Of a stretch of 64,000 bases of DNA, positions 40,340 through 49,099 are shown one piece after another (position 1 is the stretch's first letter; the number at the start of each line of letters is the position of its first letter). The notes beneath the pieces were generated by a model. That model made no database searches and was not told the DNA's origin. It saw only the letters and a program-made list of their open reading frames with translations. Origin of the DNA: Armatimonadota bacterium (GTDB lineage Bacteria > Armatimonadota > UBA5829 > DTJY01); NCBI GenBank assembly GCA_023511795.1, contig JAIMAU010000012.1, positions 2,008 to 66,007 of the forward strand, written 5' to 3'. Made by a program: the position numbers and the translations under genes.

Positions 40340-43165
40340 CTACTGCGAGACGTTCAGCACACGTTTCAAGAACTGTCCGGTGTATGAAGCCTCGACTCTC
40401 GAAACTTCCTCCGGTGTTCCGCATGCAATCACCTGCCCGCCGTTCTCGCCGCCCTCAGGTCCAAGGTCAATGATGTAGTCCGCACTCTTGATTACATCGA
40501 GGTTGTGCTCGATTACGATTACAGTATTCCCAGCATCTACCAAGCGATTCAATACATCAAGTAGTTTTTGGATGTCCGCAAAGTGAAGGCCAGTCGTCGG
40601 CTCGTCTAGTATGTAGAGCGTCCGCCCTGTGCTTCTTTTAGAGAGCTCTGCGGCAAGTTTCACCCGCTGTGCCTCTCCGCCAGAAAGCGTTGTCGCTGGT
40701 TGCCCAAGCTTTATATAGTCCAACCCAACGTCGTGGATTGTCTGCAACCGCCGTGTAATCGAGGGGATGTTCTTGAAGAACTCGAGCGCAGTGCTGACAG
40801 TCATGTCCAAAACGTCGGCAATGTTCTTCCCCTTGTATCTTACCTCCAGCGTCTCCCTATTATACCGCTTCCCCTTGCATACTTCGCACGGCACATACAC
40901 ATCAGGAAGAAAGTGCATCTCTATTTTGATGATGCCATCGCCCCGACACGCCTCACACCTCCCGCCTTTTACGTTGAAGCTAAAGCGGCCCGGTTTGTAG
41001 CCCCTAACACGCGCGTCCGGAGTGCTTGCAAAAAGGTCGCGGATTAAATCAAACGCTCCGGTGTAAGTTGCAGGGTTTGAGCGCGGCGTTCTACCAATAG
41101 GAGACTGGTCTATATCAATTATCTTGTCAATGTGTTCAATTCCCGTAATCTCATCATGCTCGCCCCAAGAGCCGTGAGAGCCGTGCAACTGATACATAAG
41201 CCGCGGGTAGAGCGTTTCTTGAAGGAGCGTGCTCTTACCAGACCCGGACACGCCAGTGACGCAAATGAAAGTCCCCAGGGGAAATCTTACGTTAATATTC
41301 TTAAGATTGTGCTGCCGTGCACCTTTGATTTCAATGAACTCACCGCTCGGCTTCCTCCGCTTTCTAGGAACGGGAATCCTCTTGACGCCGCTGAGGTACT
41401 GCCCTGTAATTGAGTCCTTATGCTTGATAACGTCTTCCGGCGTGCCAGAAACGACAATCCACCCGCCTCGCTCGCCTGCGCCAGGCCCTATGTCAATTAT
41501 GTGGTCCGCACTGCGGATGGTCTCCTCGTCGTGTTCAACCACGATGATTGTGTTGCCGAGGTCCCTCAGCTTGATAAGCGTGTCTATCAGCTTTCTATTG
41601 TCGCGCTGATGCAGTCCAATGCTCGGCTCATCGAGTATATAAATGACGCCCATCAGTCCAGAGCCAATCTGCGTCGCTAGACGAATCCTCTGCGCCTCTC
41701 CACCCGCCAACGTGGCGGCGGGACGGTCGAGCGTGAGGTAGTTGAGCCCGACGTTAATGAGAAAACCCAGCCTAGTCTTAATCTCCTTTATGACCTGCCG
41801 CGCGATTACGTATTCCCGCTCGCTAAGTTTTATCTCGTCGAAATAGCGATAGGCTTCCTCAACAGTAAGTGCGCTCACCTCCGATATGTTCATTCCGTTG
41901 ATTGTTACCGCAAGGCTTTCCGGCTTAAGACGCAGTCCGTTGCACGAAGGACACTTCCGCGTAGACATGTATCTCTCGGTCTCCTCGCGCACAATCTGCG
42001 ACGTCGTCTCTTTGTAACGTCGGTCCAGGATGTTTACAATCCCTTCGTACGTCGTTTCAAAGCGCCTTATCCGCCCATAACGGTTTCTGAACGTCACACA
42101 AACGGGGTGCTCAGTGCCGTAAAGAATTGCGTTGACTTGTTCATCGGTGAGCTCCCTTATGGGAGTCCGCGTGGAGAAGCCTAGAGCCTCAGCCAACCCA
42201 GAGAGCAAAGCCGGGTAATACTCGCTAACTGCCCTGCGGAGCGGTGCAATAGCGCCCTCCTCGATAGAAAGATTTTTGTCCGGTATGATAAGGTTTGGGT
42301 CAAGCTCCGTATGCGTTCCCAACCCGTGGCAGTCGGGGCAAGCGCCGTAGGGACTGTTGAACGAGAAGTTCCTTGGGGCAATCTCCCCAAGGCTAATCCC
42401 GCACTCGGTGCAGGCAAAATGTTCGGAGAAAAGCATCTCCTCGCCGTCAATGACGTCAATGCCAACCGTGCCCTGCCCCATCTTAAGCGCGGCCTCAACA
42501 GAATCTGCCAACCGCTTTTCAATCCCCGGCTTAACAATGAGACGGTCGACGACGACGTCTATCCAATGTTGCTTATACCTGTCAAGTTCGATGTCATCGG
42601 TTACTTCGTAGGTCTTCCCGTCCACACGAACGCGCACATAGCCTTCCTTTCGGATGTCCTCGAATACATGTCTGTACTCGCCCTTGCGGCCGCGAACCAC
42701 GGGCGCTAGAACTTGTATCCTAGCGCCTTCAGGAAGAGCCATAATCGCGTCCGCCATTTGCTCAACCGTTTGTTGGGCGATCTCCCTGCCGCATTTCGGA
42801 CAGTGCGGCTTCCCAATCCTTGCAAAAAGAAGCCTAAGGTAGTCGTATATCTCTGTAACCGTCCCAACAGTCGAACGAGGATTTTTCGTCGTCGATTTTT
42901 GGTCGATGGAGACCGCTGGAGAAAGTCCCTCAATGTAATCAACGTCGGGCTTATCCGCTTGACCGAGGAACTGCCGAGCGTAAGCGCTCAACGACTCGAC
43001 GTAACGCCTTTGGCCCTCAGCGTAAATCGTGTCGAAGGCAAGGGAAGACTTGCCCGACCCGGATACGCCCGTGATAACGACAAACCTATCCCGCGGAATC
43101 TCAACATCAATATTTTTCAGATTGTGTTCTCTTGCGCCGCGGATGATTATGCTGTCGGTCGCCAT
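40340..43165 (-). CDS. uvrA: Excinuclease ABC subunit A
   Basis: Two ABC ATPase modules (GVSGSGKSS and GVSGSGKST), zinc-finger cysteine clusters and LSGGE signatures; 941 aa. Confidence 0.97.
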   Translation of the reverse strand: MATDSIIIRGAREHNLKNIDVEIPRDRFVVITGVSGSGKSSLAFDTIYAEGQRRYVESLSAYARQFLGQADKPDVDYIEGLSPAVSIDQKSTTKNPRSTVGTVTEIYDYLRLLFARIGKPHCPKCGREIAQQTVEQMADAIMALPEGARIQVLAPVVRGRKGEYRHVFEDIRKEGYVRVRVDGKTYEVTDDIELDRYKQHWIDVVVDRLIVKPGIEKRLADSVEAALKMGQGTVGIDVIDGEEMLFSEHFACTECGISLGEIAPRNFSFNSPYGACPDCHGLGTHTELDPNLIIPDKNLSIEEGAIAPLRRAVSEYYPALLSGLAEALGFSTRTPIRELTDEQVNAILYGTEHPVCVTFRNRYGRIRRFETTYEGIVNILDRRYKETTSQIVREETERYMSTRKCPSCNGLRLKPESLAVTINGMNISEVSALTVEEAYRYFDEIKLSEREYVIARQVIKEIKTRLGFLINVGLNYLTLDRPAATLAGGEAQRIRLATQIGSGLMGVIYILDEPSIGLHQRDNRKLIDTLIKLRDLGNTIIVVEHDEETIRSADHIIDIGPGAGERGGWIVVSGTPEDVIKHKDSITGQYLSGVKRIPVPRKRRKPSGEFIEIKGARQHNLKNINVRFPLGTFICVTGVSGSGKSTLLQETLYPRLMYQLHGSHGSWGEHDEITGIEHIDKIIDIDQSPIGRTPRSNPATYTGAFDLIRDLFASTPDARVRGYKPGRFSFNVKGGRCEACRGDGIIKIEMHFLPDVYVPCEVCKGKRYNRETLEVRYKGKNIADVLDMTVSTALEFFKNIPSITRRLQTIHDVGLDYIKLGQPATTLSGGEAQRVKLAAELSKRSTGRTLYILDEPTTGLHFADIQKLLDVLNRLVDAGNTVIVIEHNLDVIKSADYIIDLGPEGGENGGQVIACGTPEEVSRVEASYTGQFLKRVLNVSQ

Positions 43166-43528
43166 TTCTCGCTTTCCCGTAGTTTTGTGCGAACATTCAT
43201 TCTACCAAAAATGCAGGCTCAGGTCAATGCGACGTGCCTTTTCCGCCCGCTGGCGACCCTTTCGATTCCATCTTCGCAGAGAATTGGCGGCTTACACCGC
43301 GCACCCCTGCCGCTTGCCAAAACCTCTTGTGAACCTGCGAAAGTGTCTAGGTTTCTTGCGATTTGCTTTACATTCTCTGACACTTAAAACGCCGGCCCGC
43401 CTTTCGAAGTTCGCCCGCCTGCCTACTCGCCCAATCCTGCCGCCACCAAAGCGGTGCAGTCCTCCCGCCCGATGTTCGCATCCCCCAACCCGCAGGTCAA
43501 GCAGGCGAAAAAGGTTCGTTAATTGGCA

Positions 43529-43561
43529 CAGCAAAGCAAAAGGCGGGGGAACGTCCCCGCC
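43529..43561 (-). terminator. Intrinsic terminator of the orphan gene 43604-44260
   Basis: The minus strand reads GGCGGGG-ACGTTC-CCCCGCC followed by TTTTGCTTTGCTG, 43 nt after the stop codon. Confidence 0.65.
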
Positions 43562-43603
43562 CTTCGCTCTACCCTTGTTTGACAGCCTGACAACCGCCAA
43601 AGA

Positions 43604-44260
43604 CTACGCAACCAAAAGGCCGCCAGCCGCGATTGTCGCCGGCGTGGACACATTACCAACGTCCGACGCCCTTGTGCCGCGGTACTGCACGACGTAAGTA
43701 TAATCAGCCGCGGGCCCATTGATTATGTCAATGTAGGGCGAAGCGGTCTCAAAGGCGATGAGTGTGTACTCTTCCTCACCATTCTTTTTCCTATAGATAT
43801 TGCATCCCCTAGCCCACGATGGCTTGCCGTTGTACTTCTCATTTGCCGGGGCAGTGCCAAAGTGAACCATAATCTTCCCCGGAACCGCTTCGAGGTAAAT
43901 ATCTGGAACTTCCTCGCCCGGCATTGCATTCGTTCGCGCATCATCCTTAACAGGAAGCCCAAGCGCCGCCCTTATTTCGTTCGTCATCGCCGGATGGTTG
44001 TTTATTCTTCTTACAAGAGGGCGCAGTATTTCAATACTATTCTTCCTTACCGCTTTCTTCGCCTCTGTGGCTTGCCTAGCGGCCGCCTGCCGTGTTACGT
44101 GCGTCGAGAGAGCACCGTCAAATATTATCTTCGCTTCATCAAGCGGCGTGAAGTCGCTCATTTGCAACCCGAAGTCTGCCAAATGCTCCTGAAGCACCGC
44201 CAGGAAGTTCGCAAGCCATGCAACGTACTGCGAGTCATTTCTCGGTACATAATCTGCCAT
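43604..44260 (-). CDS. Hypothetical protein, no recognisable family (helical N-half, beta-rich C-half)
   Basis: 218-aa ORF. ATG lies 8 nt after GGAGG, and the gene has its own terminator. No signal peptide or TM is visible, and base composition is similar to the neighbouring genes. Confidence 0.7.
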   Translation of the reverse strand: MADYVPRNDSQYVAWLANFLAVLQEHLADFGLQMSDFTPLDEAKIIFDGALSTHVTRQAAARQATEAKKAVRKNSIEILRPLVRRINNHPAMTNEIRAALGLPVKDDARTNAMPGEEVPDIYLEAVPGKIMVHFGTAPANEKYNGKPSWARGCNIYRKKNGEEEYTLIAFETASPYIDIINGPAADYTYVVQYRGTRASDVGNVSTPATIAAGGLLVA

Positions 44261-44406
44261 TCTATTTTCCTCCTCAGATTTGTTTAATCATCAAGTGCCC
44301 CCTCCAGAAAGTTTGGCGGCTTCGCAGATATATTTCAATGCGGGTTGAAATTGCTTGCCAGCATTTCTTGCGTAATTCTACCTCCCTCCAACCTCTTCCC
44401 ACCTTA

Positions 44407-44612
44407 GTACAAATCTTTTGTACTTTTGTGCAATCTTTTTGTACTTTTGTACAACATTTTTGTACTTCGGTACAACACTTTTGTACTTCGGTACAACACT
44501 TTTGTACCGCGGTACAACATTTTTGTACTTCGGTACAACACTTTTGTACTGCCGTACAATTCTTTTGCACAAGTCTTTTACAATCTTGCACGATGGTACA
44601 TCAGGCTTGTAC
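44407..44612. repeat. Tandem array of ~10 x 21-bp units with alternating GTACAA / TTGTAC half-sites
   Basis: Seven exact 21-bp units (consensus GTACAACAYTTTTGTACTTCG; units 3 and 6 are identical) plus three decaying units. There are 16 GTAC tetramers in 206 bp and no unique spacers. Confidence 0.9.
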
Positions 44613-44980
44613 TGCAGTTGGATGACGCTGGAGAGAGTCCCAATTCTTTCCCCAAAAAGCAGGAGCAACTTCTAGCGCTTTCTCTGTTCAACCGCTGTCC
44701 CCATCTAAAAGTACGACAGCTGATGATTTAATCGAATTATCAGTTAAAAACTGCTGAATCTTTAGTAAACAAATAATATTTTATTAATAAACCTCTTATC
44801 TTTTCTGAATTGTCAGATTGCCCAGCTTGCCAAGAAGTTTGCAAGACAAAGGGACTAAATAGCAATCTGGCGTACAATTTTCGCAAACTGAATGAAGGAT
44901 TAAGATGACCTGCGCAATAAGTTATCCAAAGGCTGTTCGAACATGCCTAATTCACAATGCTTGAAGCAAAGGAGAACCAC

Positions 44981-45988
44981 ATGGTAGGCGAACGCAAGAT
45001 TAAGTGTGCAGTCGTGGGATACGGCGGCGCATTCAACATGGGAAAAGCTCATGCACAGTGGATGAACGATACGGGGCGGATGATAACCGTTGCCGCCTGC
45101 GACATCAACCCTGAAAGGATGGAAGCGGCAAAGAGAGACTTTCCCAACATCCAAACTTACACCGACATCGACGATATGCTCAAGAAGAGCGACGCCGAGC
45201 TTGTCGTCATCGTTACCCCGCACAACACCCATGCCGTTCTAGGGCTAAAGGCAATCGAGGCAGGAAAGCACGTCGTTTTGGAAAAGCCCATGTGCCTCAC
45301 TGTAGAAGAGGCAACCAAAATGATAGAAGCCGCTAAAAAAGCTGGTGTAACGCTCACAACGTTTCACAACAGGAGGCACGACGGCGACTTCATGATGATT
45401 AAGGAAATCATCGAAAAGGGCTTAATTGGAGAAGTCTTCCACATCGAGGCTTTTATTGGCGGCTACAGTAAACCCGGGTCTTGGTGGAGAAGCGACAAGG
45501 AGATTTCGGGTGGATGCCTGTACGACTGGGGTGCGCACTTTGTGGACTGGATACTCAACCTCATCCCCGAAAAAATAGAGAATGTTACTGGCTTTTTCCA
45601 CAAGCGCGTTTGGCATGATGTAACTAACGAAGACCAGACGCAGGCGATTATCAGGTTTAGGAACGGGGCGATGGCGGATTTGCAGGTCTCCAACATCGCG
45701 CGGCTTCCGAAGCCAAAGTTTCGCATTCTCGGCACAAAAGGTGCAATTATTGACGAATGGAAAGGAACGCTTAGGCTTTCGACGGAGATTGAGGGCATCC
45801 CGATTGACACAGAGGTGAAGTACAAAGAAAGCACTTGGCACGAGTATTACCCGAATCTTGCCGCTCATCTTCTCGACGGCGCGCCGCTGGAGGTAACGCC
45901 CGAATCTTCTCGCCGCGTTATCGCCGTCATTGAAACTGCGGAGAAATCGGCAAAAAGCGGGAAGGCTGAGCCTGTACCGTATGAGTAG
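44981..45988 (+). CDS. Gfo/Idh/MocA family oxidoreductase
   Basis: The ATG at 44981 lies 6 nt after AAAGGAG (the track ORF starts at 44957). The N-terminal motif VVGYGGAFNMGKAH and the EKP motif (VLEKPM) are present. Confidence 0.85.
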   Translation: MVGERKIKCAVVGYGGAFNMGKAHAQWMNDTGRMITVAACDINPERMEAAKRDFPNIQTYTDIDDMLKKSDAELVVIVTPHNTHAVLGLKAIEAGKHVVLEKPMCLTVEEATKMIEAAKKAGVTLTTFHNRRHDGDFMMIKEIIEKGLIGEVFHIEAFIGGYSKPGSWWRSDKEISGGCLYDWGAHFVDWILNLIPEKIENVTGFFHKRVWHDVTNEDQTQAIIRFRNGAMADLQVSNIARLPKPKFRILGTKGAIIDEWKGTLRLSTEIEGIPIDTEVKYKESTWHEYYPNLAAHLLDGAPLEVTPESSRRVIAVIETAEKSAKSGKAEPVPYE

Positions 45989-46072
45989 GCAGTTCGCAGA
46001 CCGCCAAACGATGAGCGAAGCTTGCCGAAGCAATTAGAAAAGCACTCTGAACTTCTGGGCAAACCAAACAAG

Positions 46073-46921
46073 CTAATCCATGGGGAGCACTGCGTTGTCG
46101 ATGAGCCTTGTACTTCCGATGCGGACTGCGAGGAGGAGGACAACAGGCTTTGAGATTTCCACCACGGGCGCGAGGTTGTCGGGGTCGCGGACGGCAACAT
46201 AGTCTATGCGCGCAAGAGGTTCTTTGCGGATGTATTCTTCAACCTCGTGCTCAAGCCGCTTTCCGTCTGTGAGCCCGTATTTGACAAGCTCATTTGCGTA
46301 TTGGAGAGCCTTGTAGAGGACAACGGCGGCGCGGCGCTCCTCATTATTTAGGTACGTGTTCCTAGAAGACATCGCAAGGCCGTCTTCTTCGCGGATGATT
46401 GGCATGGGAACAATCTCAATGGGTAGATTGAGGTCGTTCACCATTTTCTTAACGACAAGAAGCTGTTGATAGTCTTTCAGCCCGAAGTAAGCACGGTCGG
46501 CAGGTAGGATGTTAAAGAGCTTGAGCACGACGGTTGCGACTCCTCTAAAGTGGCCTGGGCGGAACTCGCCCTCCAAAGTTTCGGTAATGCCTTCCACGTT
46601 TACAAAAGTGGCATAACCTTCGGGGTACATCTCCTCAACAGATGGGTTGAAGATTACATCAACCCCCACCTCTTCAGCCAGGCGGGCGTCGCGGTCGACA
46701 TCGCGGGGGTATCGTGCGAAATCCTCGTTCGGGCCGAACTGGGCGGGGTTGACAAAGAGGCTAACAACTACGACATCGTTTTCCACCCTTGCGCGCCGCA
46801 TGAGGGAAAGATGGCCCTCGTGGAAGTAGCCCATGGTGGGCACTAGGCCTATTTTCTTCCCTTCACGACGGGCGTTCGAAATGTATTCTCTTGCTTCGTT
46901 GATTGTGTGCAGAATCAACAT
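46073..46921 (-). CDS. panC: Pantoate-beta-alanine ligase
   Basis: Starting at 46921, MLILHTINEAR...GLVPTMGYFHEGHLSLM aligns with PanC N-termini. The track ORF extends 25 codons further upstream. Confidence 0.9.
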   Translation of the reverse strand: MLILHTINEAREYISNARREGKKIGLVPTMGYFHEGHLSLMRRARVENDVVVVSLFVNPAQFGPNEDFARYPRDVDRDARLAEEVGVDVIFNPSVEEMYPEGYATFVNVEGITETLEGEFRPGHFRGVATVVLKLFNILPADRAYFGLKDYQQLLVVKKMVNDLNLPIEIVPMPIIREEDGLAMSSRNTYLNNEERRAAVVLYKALQYANELVKYGLTDGKRLEHEVEEYIRKEPLARIDYVAVRDPDNLAPVVEISKPVVLLLAVRIGSTRLIDNAVLPMD

Positions 46922-47005
46922 TTTATCTTTAAACTTTTCCGACCTGCGGCGCTGATGATTCGGCAAGCGCCCCAGCCACTCCGCAGGCGGGTGCATTCTT
47001 TCTGC

Positions 47006-47857
47006 CTACGAGCTGTGCTCAGGGCCTGGGAATTTACCCGACTTCACTTCCTCGATGTACGTTTTGAATGCATTCATAACGGTTTCGAAAAGGTGGACAT
47101 ATTCCTTGACATGCTTAAACTTGACGCCGTACAAGCCGAGCATATCGTAGGAGACCAGCACTTGGCCGTCGCAGTGCGGACCCGCGCCGATGCCAATAGT
47201 GGGAACCGAAAGCGCCTCTGTTATTTGCTTTGCCAGCTCGCGGGGCACCTTTTCCAAGACAATTGCAAAAACGCCGGCGTCTTGTAGAGCAATGGCGTCC
47301 CTCATAATCTTCTCTGCCTCCTCTTCTGTACGGCCGTGCACCCGCGGACCGCCGAATACAGCGGCCGACATCGGAAGCATGCCAAGGTGTCCCATCACGG
47401 GAATCCCCGCGTCAACAATTTTCTTAACGGCATCAATCACGTTCTGCCCACCGCCTTCGAGCTTCACGGCAAGAGTAAGAGCCTCGGTAGCGGGTCTGCC
47501 AGCCTCCAAGGGCGGTGTGATGGCGCCCGCCTCTTTTGCAAATCGGGCCGCATTCCGAAGAGCTTCGTCCGGGCCCAGTTGGAAGCTCATAAACGGCATA
47601 TCAGCGACAACCATCGCACGTCTAACTCCTCGGACGACTGCTTTGACGTGGTGGAGCATGTCATCCATAGTTACAGGGAGCGTTGTCTCGTAGCCCAACA
47701 CGACTTGACCCAAGGAATCCCCGACGAGAATTACATCCACCCCTGCGGCATCCATTAGCTTTGCCATGGAGAAATCGTACGCGGTGAGGCATGTAATTTT
47801 CTCCCCCGCGCGCTTCATTTTTATTAAGGTTTGCGTAGTTACCGTGGACCCGTTCAT
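47006..47857 (-). CDS. panB: 3-methyl-2-oxobutanoate hydroxymethyltransferase
   Basis: Motifs LTAYD, ILVGDSLG, VVADMPF and KLEGG. Confidence 0.95.
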   Translation of the reverse strand: MNGSTVTTQTLIKMKRAGEKITCLTAYDFSMAKLMDAAGVDVILVGDSLGQVVLGYETTLPVTMDDMLHHVKAVVRGVRRAMVVADMPFMSFQLGPDEALRNAARFAKEAGAITPPLEAGRPATEALTLAVKLEGGGQNVIDAVKKIVDAGIPVMGHLGMLPMSAAVFGGPRVHGRTEEEAEKIMRDAIALQDAGVFAIVLEKVPRELAKQITEALSVPTIGIGAGPHCDGQVLVSYDMLGLYGVKFKHVKEYVHLFETVMNAFKTYIEEVKSGKFPGPEHSS

Positions 47858-47968
47858 TTTTACTCCTTGTTATCGCAGTTTCATCGTGCGCTTTCCGAAG
47901 GCTTGCGCCTATTCTTCAATCGGCTTCGCTAGCGGCTTAAGGCATTCCGCATGCTCACCTGGCGGCTC

Positions 47969-49090
47969 CTACCAGCCGGGACGGAATGTGTCCCCAATTC
48001 CCCAGCCAATCAAGATGGCAGGAAACGCCAGGTTGCCTCCAAACATCAAGACCTGGCTTCTGCCAACTGAATACATTATAGCCGCAATCGCCACCAAAAT
48101 AAAAGTGGCGGCGAAAGCCCGCGCAACACTCTTCGAAATGCTTTCTTGAAAGGAGCCAAACAAAATATAAATAAATGCCGCAAGGTAGAAATTGAAGAAG
48201 TTAATAAGAACCAAAAGGAGCCCAATCGGATAATTCATCGGGCGGCTTCCGCCAACGTAGATGGATTGGAATACCAATTCGTCGTCAATGCGGCCAACCC
48301 AGTCATTTAGGGCGAGAAGAAAGCCAAATATCACTCCATTAATCAGCAAGACCGCGATAAGCATGGTGTTCCACTTGCCAATAAAAGGCAGATACTGCGC
48401 CAGCACTTGCAGTGGGGGTTCGGCGGAGATAGACAGCAGGATGAATAAGATGCCAGCAATCGAAACGCCGATTAGATTCAGCCCTATTCTGAAGGCGACT
48501 TGCTGTTCGATTGACTTAACGCCGCTAACGCCGGGCTTCCTAGTGCGGGCAAGTTTCCTCAAGAGCGCCTCGGCTTCCGCATTTCGGGGATCGAGTTGGA
48601 GGACCATGGTATACATTGCGATAGCCTCATCAATGCGTCCCTGCATGCGGTAAATGTTTGCCAACATGAGGTGAGCTCGGATGTGCCGCCTGTCAATTGA
48701 GATAATTTGCCTGCAAATGTTGGCGGCGGTGCGAAACTGGGCGGTAGCGAATGCACGTTCTGCTTCCATGAAGAGCCGAGTAATATCCGAGGATTCGGCA
48801 TAAGTTTTGCCGTGCTGTTGAGCCCCGTGAGGGGGCGGCGGCTCTCTGCGGGGAGGCACGCGCATCATTTCGGCATCGAGCTGTGCGTCGTAGATAATGC
48901 GCCTATCCGGATTGCTGAGCGTTTGATAAGCTTCGGTGATTTCGATGAAAGCGGCCTTCGCCGCCGCTTTGTCTTTCGCAACGTCGGGATGGTACTGGCG
49001 GACGAGGTAACGGTAGCGGCGCTTGATTTGTTCGGGCGTCGCCGACCTTGGCACTCCTAGGATTTCGTAGTAATTTCGCTTGCCATGCAT
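47969..49090 (-). CDS. J-domain / TPR / polytopic membrane protein
   Basis: N-terminal DnaJ J-domain (NYYEILGV...YHPDV), a TPR-like middle (ANIYRMQGRIDEAIAMYTMVLQLDP), and a C-terminal ~190 aa with about five hydrophobic helices. Confidence 0.8.
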   Translation of the reverse strand: MHGKRNYYEILGVPRSATPEQIKRRYRYLVRQYHPDVAKDKAAAKAAFIEITEAYQTLSNPDRRIIYDAQLDAEMMRVPPRREPPPPHGAQQHGKTYAESSDITRLFMEAERAFATAQFRTAANICRQIISIDRRHIRAHLMLANIYRMQGRIDEAIAMYTMVLQLDPRNAEAEALLRKLARTRKPGVSGVKSIEQQVAFRIGLNLIGVSIAGILFILLSISAEPPLQVLAQYLPFIGKWNTMLIAVLLINGVIFGFLLALNDWVGRIDDELVFQSIYVGGSRPMNYPIGLLLVLINFFNFYLAAFIYILFGSFQESISKSVARAFAATFILVAIAAIMYSVGRSQVLMFGGNLAFPAILIGWGIGDTFRPGW

Positions 49091-49099
49091 AAGAAATCG

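Noticed and set aside
43029-43697. Long ORFs (222 aa on +, 102 aa and 66 aa on -) in the uvrA upstream region
   Set aside because: The translations are Arg/Pro/Gly-rich and low-complexity. They overlap the uvrA 5' end, the orphan gene 3' end and its terminator, so they are by-products of the local GC richness.
44407-44612. CRISPR array
   Set aside because: The units are contiguous 21-mers with no unique spacers. The repeat length is below the usual CRISPR range, and no cas genes or leader are present.
44218-44625. Cys-rich heptad-repeat peptide ORF (FCTSVQH x ~8) as a multi-core RiPP-like precursor
   Set aside because: There is no RBS, and the ORF overlaps the well-supported start of the minus-strand gene. 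Five of the six frames in the supplied track are open across the array simply because the 21-mer lacks stop triplets. The dyad symmetry points to a DNA- or RNA-level function.
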